Origin: Nitrososphaerota archaeon
GTDB lineage: Archaea > Thermoproteota > Nitrososphaeria_A > Caldarchaeales > Calditenuaceae
Assembly (NCBI GenBank): GCA_038845265.1
Contig: JAWBQR010000010.1
Location: 1-39,130 of the forward strand
Reading direction: 5' to 3'
Length of the DNA stretch: 39,130 nucleotides
Below, piece by piece: positions 18,401 to 26,705 of this stretch (the stretch's first letter is position 1; every line of letters starts with the position of its first letter). The notes under the pieces were generated by a model. That model saw nothing but the letters and a program-made list of their open reading frames with translations. It did not search any database and was not told the origin of the DNA. The translations under genes and the position numbers were made by a program.

Positions 18401-18900
18401 AAATGATAGATTCAGAGAAGCAAGAATTATTCCTCACGACGATGAAGAAGATTTCTGACGGATTCGGATATTTCTTCAATAGATTAACAGGAGGAGAGGC
18501 ATGGTTAGAATTGACGGATCCTGAAAAACCCAACGACTCTGGAGTCGAGATGATCGTCAAGTTTGTCGGGAAGTCTCCACGCTCATCTAGAAGCGTGAGC
18601 GGTGGTGAAAAATCAGTAGCCGCAGTTTCACTTCTCATGTCCTTCCAAGGATTGACGCCGGCTGACTTCCTGATATTCGATGAGGTTGATGCTCATATGG
18701 ATGCATCATATACTAGGAATCTCTCAGAACTCTTCAGCGAGATGTCAAGTAAGACTCAGATCATAGCGATATCGCTTAAGGACGTCATGGCTGAGCGGGC
18801 GGAGCTACTCGTAGGTGTCTATAACCAGTCTGGAGAGTCACGCATAATCATGACGAAGATGGGTGAGAAAACTAGTGAGAAACAAGATAATAGAAATTGA
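15424..18900 (+). CDS. smc: Chromosome segregation ATPase Smc, with atypical hinge
   Basis: GFKSF, Walker A GPNGGGKSN, Q-loop ISQG, two long coiled coils around a hinge, MGPVNQLA, signature VSGGEKS, Walker B FDEVDAHMD. Confidence 0.96.
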   Translation: MVSIKKITIYGFKSFGPRRNIIDIPRGFTVITGPNGGGKSNVIDAVRFALGELSPHSLRVSRLSELIYESNGSKSSYARVSVVFDNTDRGIPIDADEVTVTRRLMQSGESVYQVNGKSVSRMDLLAILSAANIKPSGYNIISQGAVLGIAETSPEELRKLIEEIAGTAEYDRRKEEALEQLDQAERNIAVARAGTAEVKQRVRQLELEKTQLIRRSILERELYALRAEKLRRSIVELESEMERILRSEEEFQKRKAELEEELSRLASHRASLLEQMAVLENQLSESEKKERELGAMMESNRLGLERIKTMIRSEGTRLSSTRRQLLELASQELNAERRIEELRQSIAELSQRMEKNTARLSLIEEEYEKLQSRRSELSERIRELDEEVARRKNENEKLRRKILERERELEIRGGRLASLAEKLEEKKNRLSEVIDGIASLENALSNYQESLRQSLEEKDKVEELISDASGKIETHRTELERLSRLLGEVSKLIIEGRAKINPDSSYGRQVVDIISSNMSDEVIGVLSDLFKPPRGLEALYLMILKDRLNTLVVRRNSVAAALALAAAEVGVALSVISVEGNFSCPGDGCLACMAETMSADGLRALHIAMKGARLLRDKQGFRTGEPAISINGAYWDGGGFLASLGEVNITQKAIDAINELMIVEESLKTRINEHESIIKNLQKTIENLRTEKLELETRINALKEKIKLDEKTLKAIREEKLKLEEAIKLMVKESEMLREERERIKSDIEELSKSLPKEDTIEIMNRKELIEQLEALNKSLNNYSEIRSELLSEKKATAQRIEEFTSELKKLEHMLEELSERRILLENASNELKKNVMNYAGRFREELYRQRELLEEVQANSKVISTLKEQVATIRSRLDEVNNKLESLRGLISEVDNQLQGIKLSKMELTMRRNSLEEKLREIPLQNEGDLVCLDQDIRDEIYMRLEEELNNMGPVNQLAAMQYVELVANYKHRSFRIAELEKERREILRVIEMIDSEKQELFLTTMKKISDGFGYFFNRLTGGEAWLELTDPEKPNDSGVEMIVKFVGKSPRSSRSVSGGEKSVAAVSLLMSFQGLTPADFLIFDEVDAHMDASYTRNLSELFSEMSSKTQIIAISLKDVMAERAELLVGVYNQSGESRIIMTKMGEKTSEKQDNRN

Positions 18901-19513
18901 GGACTGGAAAGTGCTCCTAAACATATCGATGATTAGCAGGATTGATCCATGGAAGGTCGATTTAGTTAAGCTTCTCCGCAAGCTTGAGGATGCCCTCCGT
19001 GAGATGGAGATAAATGTAAGGCTGGCAGGCGTCGCCGTGCAGAGTGCTGCCCAGATACATTTGGCAAAGTCAAAGAAGCTCCTCGAGCCAGTAAATCCTG
19101 AGCAACCCCAAGAGAAGCCTAACCTGATAGTGCCGCCGCCGATAAACATTCCGATAAAGTCAAGCCTACTCGCAACGACTCTATTGGATGTTGTTAATGC
19201 GCTCCGCACAGTTATTCTCGGATTAGAGGAGTCCAAAAAAGAAACAAAGTTCGAGCAGATGAACATAGACATTAAGCTTGATGAATATCTCTTAAAGATT
19301 GAGGAGGAGCTTGATAGCTTTATTGCAGAGCTGGACCGCTTCTTGAGTGAGGGGACAATAACGTTCAGCAGGCTTGTCAGTGGAATGAGCAGGGCTGAGA
19401 TGGCCAAGATATTCATACTCATGCTATTCGCAGCGAGCCGCGGATTCGTCGAGCTCTACCAGGACGAGGAGACACTAGACATAATCATTACGAGGTCGAA
19501 GCAGGTTGCCTAG
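18863..19513 (+). CDS. scpA: Kleisin ScpA
   Basis: IDPWKVDLVKL, AGVAVQSAAQIHLAKSKKL, C-terminal FILMLFAASRGFVELYQDE winged helix; lies between smc and scpB. Confidence 0.92.
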   Translation: MRKLVRNKIIEIEDWKVLLNISMISRIDPWKVDLVKLLRKLEDALREMEINVRLAGVAVQSAAQIHLAKSKKLLEPVNPEQPQEKPNLIVPPPINIPIKSSLLATTLLDVVNALRTVILGLEESKKETKFEQMNIDIKLDEYLLKIEEELDSFIAELDRFLSEGTITFSRLVSGMSRAEMAKIFILMLFAASRGFVELYQDEETLDIIITRSKQVA

Positions 19514-20087
19514 GCGTAAGAAGACAGCAGTGCCCCTAGACGTTTCCAAGGCAAAGAGAATAGTCGAGGCCATTCTCTTCTCATCAGACAAACCCGTAGA
19601 TTCTAAAGTCCTCCTCTCAGCAATAGGCGGAGGCGACGAGACGAGACTCGAAGAGATCGTTAAGAATCTAAACGATGAGTACGAGGCGGCTGGAAGAGCC
19701 TTCGTCATAAGTAGGTTTCCAGGTGGAAAATACATGATGCATCTAAGACCTGAATACGTCACCACAGTGAGGAGATTCGTCGGTAAGCCATTGCTGAGCT
19801 CTGGACTACTACGTACATTATCATTCATTGCATATCATCAGCCGGTGGCTAGGTCTACGGTCGCCGCGGTGAGGGGGAATAGGGCTTACCGACACGTCGC
19901 AGAGCTTATTGAGAGGGGACTGATAGAGGCGGAGAAGAAGGGCCGGACATACATTCTAAGGACGACGAAGCTATTCGCAGACTATCTGGGCGTCGAGGAC
20001 TCAGTAGTCCAGATTAGGAAGAAGCTGCATGAAGCACTTGAGTCCTCGACCCCGAAGGCCGGGGAGAAGACCGGCGCCTCGAGCTAA
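19506..20087 (+). CDS. scpB: Kite protein ScpB
   Basis: IVEAILFSSDKP, LRTLSFIAYHQPV, RG...YRHVAELIERGLI, RTTKLFADYLG. Confidence 0.95.
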   Translation: MPRRKKTAVPLDVSKAKRIVEAILFSSDKPVDSKVLLSAIGGGDETRLEEIVKNLNDEYEAAGRAFVISRFPGGKYMMHLRPEYVTTVRRFVGKPLLSSGLLRTLSFIAYHQPVARSTVAAVRGNRAYRHVAELIERGLIEAEKKGRTYILRTTKLFADYLGVEDSVVQIRKKLHEALESSTPKAGEKTGASS

Positions 20088-20129
20088 GAGTATAAAGCAT
20101 CGTCAAGAATATCCAATTATTAGATACTG

Positions 20130-20696
20130 ATGTCGGCGATCCACGGCATATACTACGTGAATATTCCGAAAGAGCGGGTCCCGGTACTTCTAGGCCCCTC
20201 AGGCTCCCTCAAGAAAAAGATCGAGGAGGAACTGGGAGTCTCTTTGAGGGTTGATCCAAGCGGAGTCGTAGAGATTTCTCTCTCAAAGTCTATGTCTGAG
20301 GGCGGTGACCCGGTCTCGCTCCTCAAGGCGAAGGACATTGTACAGGCCATCGGTCGTGGCTTCAAGCCTGAGAAGGCATTAAAGCTCCTAGAGGATGACG
20401 TATCGCTCATCATTATTGACCTGCCGGAGCATCTCGGCAAGGACCCAGAAGACTGCTCAAGGGTTAAGGCACGGATAATCGGGACAGGGGGAAAGACGCG
20501 GCGCATAATCGAGGAAAACGCACACGTAGACGTATCGATTTATGGAGATACCGTGGCGATAATTGGTCGTCCGGAAGACGCCTCAGCCGCTCAGCAGGCA
20601 GTCATGATGCTGATTAACGGCGCGCCTCACAGCGCTGTCTATAAGTTCCTTGACAGCTATGCGCAGAGAAGAAAACTCATGAGGATGACCTACTAG
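20130..20696 (+). CDS. KH-domain rRNA-processing protein (archaeal Dim2/Pno1/Krr1 family)
   Basis: IPKERVPVLLGPSG, KAKDIVQAIGRGF, RVKARIIGTGGKTRRIIEE, MLINGAPHSAVY. Confidence 0.93.
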   Translation: MSAIHGIYYVNIPKERVPVLLGPSGSLKKKIEEELGVSLRVDPSGVVEISLSKSMSEGGDPVSLLKAKDIVQAIGRGFKPEKALKLLEDDVSLIIIDLPEHLGKDPEDCSRVKARIIGTGGKTRRIIEENAHVDVSIYGDTVAIIGRPEDASAAQQAVMMLINGAPHSAVYKFLDSYAQRRKLMRMTY

Positions 20697-20701
20697 AACA
20701 C

Positions 20702-20708
20702 TTATAAA
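20702..20708 (+). promoter_or_regulatory. Candidate TATA box for the Thr-rich surface protein gene
   Basis: TTATAAA about 40 nt upstream of the ATG; AGGTGG (SD-like) just before the start. Confidence 0.5.
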
Positions 20709-20745
20709 GGAGTAATACAGTGATAATAACCAACCTCAAGGTGGA

Positions 20746-21789
20746 ATGTTGAAGTATAACTTAACAAATTTTAAGTCATCTTTTTTGTTATCGATAATTA
20801 TCTTTGCATTGATTATTCTTGGATTAGTCTATGTTGCTGGTTCGCAGAGCGTAGTCACTTTGACGTCAACTACCACGATTACTCTTCCGCCCACAACTAT
20901 GACGACTACGGTAGAGATGCCTGGTGGTGTTCAGACAGTGACTGTAGTAATGCCTGGATTCAAAATTATTCAGTACTACGAGGAGCCTGACGTGGTCTGC
21001 GTCGTCATCTTCAGGATGATCAAGATGGAGGAGCCCCAGGTAGTCACTTTCGGCGGCACCACCGTCACTATACCCGGAACTACGTTTTCTACAGTCATGT
21101 CGGAGAGTGTGTGGGCAATCTCGACCGTCGAGACTAGGCCTGGATATACTAGGACTTATACTGGGTATGGAGGCGAGATACCGGTTAAGATTGTTATGGG
21201 AGACATGACCATGACGGTTACGATGCCTGCATATGGCGAGTTCAGAGAGGCATGCAGAGGAGCCACGGTAAAAAACATATTGTCAATCATTCTTGATAAG
21301 GTACCGGCCACTTTCTTATATGCATTTCCGGGAACGACGATAAGTATTCCCGGATATGTCTACACGATGCCTGTTATGCCTATGGAGGCTGAGCCAATAA
21401 CGACGACGTATACCACCACTATGAGGGGCACGACCTACCTGACCACGACGAGCATGCCCGGAACCACGCTTATCAGCACATTCTCAATGCCGGGGACCAC
21501 GTATGTCTCGACAATAGTTAAGCCGGGAGGAACGATGATTAGTTTTATCTATTATACGACTACTATTCCTGGGACGACGAGTACTCCTGCCACTACAGTT
21601 ACTAGGACCGAGACGCCGACAGGGACAACGACTCCCACGACTAGGACGACCACTACTCCGGTAACTACTCAAACGACAACGCCGACGGCCCAGCCCACGG
21701 CTGACTGGACGCTCTATCTTGTTCTGGGATTGGTAGTAGTTGTTGTTATCGCGGGAGTAGCAGTACTCGCCCTGCGCAGAAAAAGATAG
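20746..21789 (+). CDS. Secreted Thr-rich cell-surface protein with C-terminal TM anchor, function unknown
   Basis: Hydrophobic N-terminal signal, PG-containing beta-type repeats, Thr/Pro linker (aa 277-318), TM helix, RRKR tail. Confidence 0.85.
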   Translation: MLKYNLTNFKSSFLLSIIIFALIILGLVYVAGSQSVVTLTSTTTITLPPTTMTTTVEMPGGVQTVTVVMPGFKIIQYYEEPDVVCVVIFRMIKMEEPQVVTFGGTTVTIPGTTFSTVMSESVWAISTVETRPGYTRTYTGYGGEIPVKIVMGDMTMTVTMPAYGEFREACRGATVKNILSIILDKVPATFLYAFPGTTISIPGYVYTMPVMPMEAEPITTTYTTTMRGTTYLTTTSMPGTTLISTFSMPGTTYVSTIVKPGGTMISFIYYTTTIPGTTSTPATTVTRTETPTGTTTPTTRTTTTPVTTQTTTPTAQPTADWTLYLVLGLVVVVVIAGVAVLALRRKR

Positions 21790-21878
21790 TTTAATGCTTA
21801 CCGAGAGCGTCAATTAAAATATTCGCTTCGGGAGAGATAGATGGCGTTATTAAGAAGCCTCCCAGAGTTTTAGGTAGA

Positions 21879-23456
21879 ATGGCTGAACAGCGCTTTGAGC
21901 AGATCTCGCCGGCTGACTTCTTCTACAGGAACAGGGACATAGCTGGGTTTAGCAATCCATCGAGGTCTCTCTACATGAGCGTGAGGGAGCTTGTCGAGAA
22001 CTCGCTTGACGCATGCGAAGTCGGTAGGATATTGCCGAATATATGGATCGAGCTAACTCAGGTCGAGGAGGACTCTGAGAAGGATGTGCGTATCTATAGA
22101 CTTTTGGTTAAGGATAATGGCATCGGCGTTGAGGACGAGCATATTCCCAAGGCTTTTGGGACTATACTTTATGGGAGCAAGTATGGATTCAAGCAGTCTA
22201 GGGGGACCTTCGGCGTTGGGGGAACGATGGCGCTGCTTTATGGCCAGATAACCACTAACAATCCATTCAGGATCATCTCAAGCACTGGGAAGAAAGAGAT
22301 ACATGAGTATCGCCTATTGATAGACATCGTCGAGAATAAGCCAAAGATACTTGAGCATAAGGTTCACCCAAACAAGAAAGGCTGGCACGGCACGATTGTC
22401 GACTATACATTGGAGGCAGACTACACGAACAGTAAGGCCAAGATAATTGAGTACTTATCCAAGACCGCAGTAATTAATCCTCACGCAAACATTGTATTTC
22501 TCGATCCACGTGGAAGATTCTATGTTTTTGGGCGGGTAAAGGAGACCACGCCTGACCCCCCGAAGGAGGCAAAACCGCATCCACTCGGAGTGGACGTAGA
22601 GACTGTTAATAGGCTGATCGCGAATACTCGTTCTAGGGACTGTCTTGGATTCCTCATGAATGAGTTTCAGAGGGTTGGGAGAAAGACCGCTCTCGATGTT
22701 CTGAGGCTCGCCAATATCGACCCTCATGCAAAGGTTAAGCAGCTTACTGTCGAGCAGGTGACGGCGCTGGTAGAGGCGATTAAGTCCTATGGAAAGTTCA
22801 GGGCTCCTGATACATCTTCCCTGAGCCCTGTGGGTGTAGAGTTCATTGAGGCTGGAATCAGAGCTGTCTATAATCCAGACTTTCTTCACGTCGTTCAGAG
22901 GCCGCCCGCGAGTTACTCAGGAATACCCTTTATAGTTGAGGCGGCCGTCGCCTATGGTGGAAACATTCCTGAAAGTGAGGACATTCATCTTTTGAGATTC
23001 GCCAATAAGATTCCACTTCTATACGATGAGAGGGCCGATGTATCGTGGAAAGTCATTTCTGAGAAGATTGACTGGAATAGCTACAAGGTGCCTAAGGTAA
23101 AGAGACTCGCTGTCCTTACGAGTATATGTTCACCGAAGGTTCCTTACAAGACGGTTGGTAAGGAAGCAATCTCGGACAGGCCGGAGATAGAGAGGGAGCT
23201 CACAGTCGCGATAAGAGAGTGCGCAAGAGAACTGAGACTCTACTTGAGCAGAATAGAGAAAGGCGAGGCAGTGAAGAAGAGGCTAAATGTATATGCAAAG
23301 TATCTCCCGAAGATTGCTAAATTCTCATCGGAGCTAGCTGAGAAGCCTATCCCGGACCTTAGACCTATATTTAACAAGCTCGGACTCAGCGAGGCAATAA
23401 TTAAGGAGGCAGCAGCTGAGGAGGAGGCCGAGTCACGCGAACTCTACGGCGGCTAA
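21879..23456 (+). CDS. top6B: DNA topoisomerase VI subunit B
   Basis: ISPADFFYRN, GHKL motifs ELVENSLDA, DNGIG, SRGTFGVGG; H2TH RVGRKTA; RFANKIPLLY, VPYKTVGKEAI. Confidence 0.98.
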   Translation: MAEQRFEQISPADFFYRNRDIAGFSNPSRSLYMSVRELVENSLDACEVGRILPNIWIELTQVEEDSEKDVRIYRLLVKDNGIGVEDEHIPKAFGTILYGSKYGFKQSRGTFGVGGTMALLYGQITTNNPFRIISSTGKKEIHEYRLLIDIVENKPKILEHKVHPNKKGWHGTIVDYTLEADYTNSKAKIIEYLSKTAVINPHANIVFLDPRGRFYVFGRVKETTPDPPKEAKPHPLGVDVETVNRLIANTRSRDCLGFLMNEFQRVGRKTALDVLRLANIDPHAKVKQLTVEQVTALVEAIKSYGKFRAPDTSSLSPVGVEFIEAGIRAVYNPDFLHVVQRPPASYSGIPFIVEAAVAYGGNIPESEDIHLLRFANKIPLLYDERADVSWKVISEKIDWNSYKVPKVKRLAVLTSICSPKVPYKTVGKEAISDRPEIERELTVAIRECARELRLYLSRIEKGEAVKKRLNVYAKYLPKIAKFSSELAEKPIPDLRPIFNKLGLSEAIIKEAAAEEEAESRELYGG

Positions 23457-24027
23457 AATATCTATACAACACGTAGCCAGCGATAAATATTGCAGCAGTA
23501 ATTATCGTGAAGAGCTCGAACTGAGATACCAAGTAATCAAGAATTGTCCTCCCATACAGCATCAAGAGCAGAGACTCTGGAATGAATCTAGCCGCCCTTC
23601 CAGCCGTTGAGGCGAGTATGTATCCACGCATATCTCTGAGCCTGAAGATGCCTGCAGTGAGTGTGAAAACTTTGAAGGGAATAGGTGTAAACGCTGCTAA
23701 TCCAACGGCTAAGACACCGTATTTCTGATAAAAGGCCTCAACCCTCTCCATGTTTTTATCACCTACAAGACGCTTAAGAACTGGCCTGCCGCCTCTAAGG
23801 CCGACATAATATCCGACTAAGGCGCCGAGAACGGATGAAAGAGTCGTCAGGACTCCGTAGAATAATCCATTCTTCTGGTCAAGTAGGACAAGCGGTATCA
23901 ATACTACGTCCGGCGGGACTGGAAAAAATACTGCCTCTATGAACGCGACAATGAATAGCCCAAATGGTCCCCAAGGCATAAAGTAAGCATCAGCTAGCTT
24001 TAAGAATTCTTCTACTATGCTGCTCAT
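23401..24027 (-). CDS. DedA/YqaA (VTT domain) membrane protein
   Basis: AFIEAVFFPVPPD, SVLGALVGYYVG..GGRP, AAFTPIPFKVFTLTAG, GRAARF. Confidence 0.92.
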   Translation of the reverse strand: MSSIVEEFLKLADAYFMPWGPFGLFIVAFIEAVFFPVPPDVVLIPLVLLDQKNGLFYGVLTTLSSVLGALVGYYVGLRGGRPVLKRLVGDKNMERVEAFYQKYGVLAVGLAAFTPIPFKVFTLTAGIFRLRDMRGYILASTAGRAARFIPESLLLMLYGRTILDYLVSQFELFTIITAAIFIAGYVLYRYFSRRRVRVTRPPPQLLPP

Positions 24028-24028
24028 T

Positions 24029-24691
24029 CTATACTAGCCTTTCAAGCCAAGCCTCGACTTTACCAGCCCCTAGCTCAATTACTGCACAGTAGCCATTCTT
24101 GGCCGGCCCAGCATTGACTATTAATGTATCTCCAAGCCTCGAGATGCTCCTCGCCTCATGGATATGCCCACAGCTAACCAGTATTGGACTCTTCCTCTCA
24201 ATGAATTTCCTAACCGAATGACTGCCAAGATGTTCATCATTCATCGATTTGTCGGCGTCACTGCCATATGGAGGGTTATGACTTAAAAATACTAGTGGCT
24301 TCTCAGCATCCTCAATATTTTTAATCATGTCTGCTATCTCTTCCTCTCTTAGCTCTATCAGCGTCATTCCGTGAGACGTGACTAGGCTGCCGCCGAGCCC
24401 CACGAGCCAGTACCCACCAAAATTATACTTCGCAAGGTGGAGATTGATTATTCTCTCGTTCATCGGCCTATGATTAAGAAGTGAAGGCGGATCGCAGTTG
24501 CCGGCCACGAAGAAGACCCGTCTGCCCGAGCCAGCAATTATGCCAAGAATCCTCTCAGCCTCCTCGACTGTTCCGAAGTTGGTTATGTCACCAGCAACAA
24601 ACACAACGTCGCAGCTTTTCTCCTCCACGGTTCTCGGAATCTTCTCAGCATTCTTGCTACTATGTATATCGCTGACCTGAAGTATCCTCAA
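24029..24691 (-). CDS. Calcineurin-like metallophosphoesterase (Icc-related)
   Basis: SDIH, AGDI, GNCD, SHNPP, CGHIHE, VNAG motifs. Confidence 0.92.
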   Translation of the reverse strand: MRILQVSDIHSSKNAEKIPRTVEEKSCDVVFVAGDITNFGTVEEAERILGIIAGSGRRVFFVAGNCDPPSLLNHRPMNERIINLHLAKYNFGGYWLVGLGGSLVTSHGMTLIELREEEIADMIKNIEDAEKPLVFLSHNPPYGSDADKSMNDEHLGSHSVRKFIERKSPILVSCGHIHEARSISRLGDTLIVNAGPAKNGYCAVIELGAGKVEAWLERLV

Positions 24692-24752
24692 CTCTGCAAA
24701 AAATCCTACGATTCACCTAATAAAAATATTCTAACTAAAACTACAGGCAACA

Positions 24753-24761
24753 TTTTATATA
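24753..24761 (+). promoter_or_regulatory. Candidate TATA box for nuoL
   Basis: TTTTATATA about 40 nt upstream of the ATG; GGTG before the start. Confidence 0.45.
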
Positions 24762-24800
24762 TTGATTGGGTTTATTGATTTGCGAAGCTCGGTGGCATAG

Positions 24801-26705
24801 ATGTTACCATTCGCTGAGTGGGCTTCTTGGCTCATACCAATCGTCGGCTCAGTGCTTGTTCCCCTCTTCTTCAGAGCTGGAAAGAGGGTGGGGGAGGTCT
24901 ACTCCGTGATTCTCGGATTCGCAGCCGCGTCCTTCTCCATCTCTATGATACCGGACGTCTGGGGCGGCAATACGATTGACAGAAGCGTGAGCTGGATACC
25001 CCTCCCAACCGGCGGATCAGTGGACTTCGGATTGCTGCTAGACCCTCTCTCAGTAATGATGGCATGTATAGCGACTGGGATCGGGTCGCTGATACTGCTG
25101 TACTCGGTTGGCTACATGGCTCACGAGTCTGGCCTTCCGCGATACTACTTCTTTATGACCTTCTTCATCGGAGGCATGACGCTGCTCGTCCTCTCAGATA
25201 ATCTCCTTGGACTCTACATTGGCTGGGAGATCGTCGGGGTCTGCAGCTACGCCCTGATAAGCTTCTACTATAACAGGCACGAGGCAAGACTCGCAGGGAT
25301 AAAAGCATTCATCACGACTAGGATAGGAGACGTAATGCTCCTAACAGCGATACTACTACTCTACTCAAACTTCGGAACACTCAACATACTTGGACTAAGA
25401 AGCACCATTGAAGAAGCAGCGAAGATGTGTGGAAAGGTTTATCCAGTCCTCATGCTGGCCCTACTCCTAGCTTTTGGAGGCGCGATGGGGAAGTCGGCGC
25501 AGTTCCCGCTTCACGTATGGCTCCCCGACGCGATGGAAGGCCCGACGCCTGTCAGCGCATTGATACACGCCGCGACGATGGTCAAGGCCGGCGTATACCT
25601 AGTAGCTAGGTTCAGCATGACTCTGGTGCCCTTCGAGCACTTCTCGCCCCAGCAGCTATCTGACTGGTACGCCACCGTCATAACGATCGGCGCATTTACA
25701 GCGATCTTCGCAGCGACAATGGGCCTAGTGATGAATGATATAAAGAGAGTCATTGCCTACTCTACTATCAGTCAGCTCGCATTGATGTTTACGTCTCTGG
25801 GCGTAGGCTCGGCTTCAGGATGGTTCGGAGGCGTGTTCCACGTCCTGAGCCACTCGGCCTTCAAGGCGCTACTCTTCCTCGCGGCGGGTTCAGTCATACA
25901 TGTAGTGGCAACGAACAATATGGACGAGATGGGCGGACTGAGGCGCTACATGCCGGTCACGTTCTATACATCGCTTATCGGAGTGCTCAGCCTCTCAGGT
26001 ATTCCTCCCTTCAGCGGGTTCTTCAGCAAGGACTTCATTCTAAGCTCATTGCTGGAGTCTGGAAACTACCTCGCACTCATGCTTATCAGTCTAGCATCTG
26101 TCCTAACCGTGATTTACAGCTTTAGGTGGATCTCGATGGTCTTCCTCGGCGAGCCGAAGAAGCTGGAGATGCATGGGCATATCCATGAGTCGCCGCTTGT
26201 GATGACGGCCCCACTCATGGTTCTCGCCGGGCTCTCAGCGGTAGCTGGCCTGCCGCCTGTCGAGGAGGCATTGCTGGAATTTATGGGGATTCACCACGTC
26301 TCGATATCTCCGCTCACGTATGTGTTTTCGGGCGTCATTCTAGCCGTGGGGCTCGGCGTCTCTTATCTCTTCTTCATTGCGAGGCGGATACCCACGGAGG
26401 CCGCGAGGAGTGGACCAATACTTTCGGGGATCCATAGATTACTCGTCAATAGGTACTATATTGACCGTCTCTACGAGGCTGTTTTTGTTGATGGGCTGCA
26501 ATCACTGGCCAGATTCGTTAGGAGACACGTCGAGGAGAGGGTGATCGATGGCTTAAACTATGCGGTGGCCTCTGCATTCGTCAAGTTCGTCGAGTTCTTT
26601 AGGGGGCTCCAGACTGGGAGCAGCAACATAAACATTAGTGGTGTAGCTATCGGAATAGCGATCCTCATGACTATACTTATAGGCAAGCTCTTCGGCTTAT
26701 TCTAG
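24801..26705 (+). CDS. nuoL: NADH-quinone oxidoreductase (complex I-like) subunit L
   Basis: YSVGYM, IGWEIVGVCSYALI, KAFITTRIGD, GKSAQFPLHVWLPDAMEGPTPVSALIHAATMVKAG, DIKRVIAYSTISQL, HSAFKALLFLAAG, FSKD. Confidence 0.95.
   Translation: MLPFAEWASWLIPIVGSVLVPLFFRAGKRVGEVYSVILGFAAASFSISMIPDVWGGNTIDRSVSWIPLPTGGSVDFGLLLDPLSVMMACIATGIGSLILLYSVGYMAHESGLPRYYFFMTFFIGGMTLLVLSDNLLGLYIGWEIVGVCSYALISFYYNRHEARLAGIKAFITTRIGDVMLLTAILLLYSNFGTLNILGLRSTIEEAAKMCGKVYPVLMLALLLAFGGAMGKSAQFPLHVWLPDAMEGPTPVSALIHAATMVKAGVYLVARFSMTLVPFEHFSPQQLSDWYATVITIGAFTAIFAATMGLVMNDIKRVIAYSTISQLALMFTSLGVGSASGWFGGVFHVLSHSAFKALLFLAAGSVIHVVATNNMDEMGGLRRYMPVTFYTSLIGVLSLSGIPPFSGFFSKDFILSSLLESGNYLALMLISLASVLTVIYSFRWISMVFLGEPKKLEMHGHIHESPLVMTAPLMVLAGLSAVAGLPPVEEALLEFMGIHHVSISPLTYVFSGVILAVGLGVSYLFFIARRIPTEAARSGPILSGIHRLLVNRYYIDRLYEAVFVDGLQSLARFVRRHVEERVIDGLNYAVASAFVKFVEFFRGLQTGSSNINISGVAIGIAILMTILIGKLFGLF

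Noticed and set aside
18838-19828. - strand ORFs of 194 and 117 aa, and similar Ser-rich shadows within smc
   Set aside because: Antisense to Glu/Lys-rich scpA, scpB and smc; the poly-Ser/Leu composition is the expected mirror.
21400-21700. ACN-rich repeats as CRISPR or tandem DNA repeat
   Set aside because: These are Thr codons of the surface protein; there is no fixed repeat-spacer structure here or elsewhere in the window.
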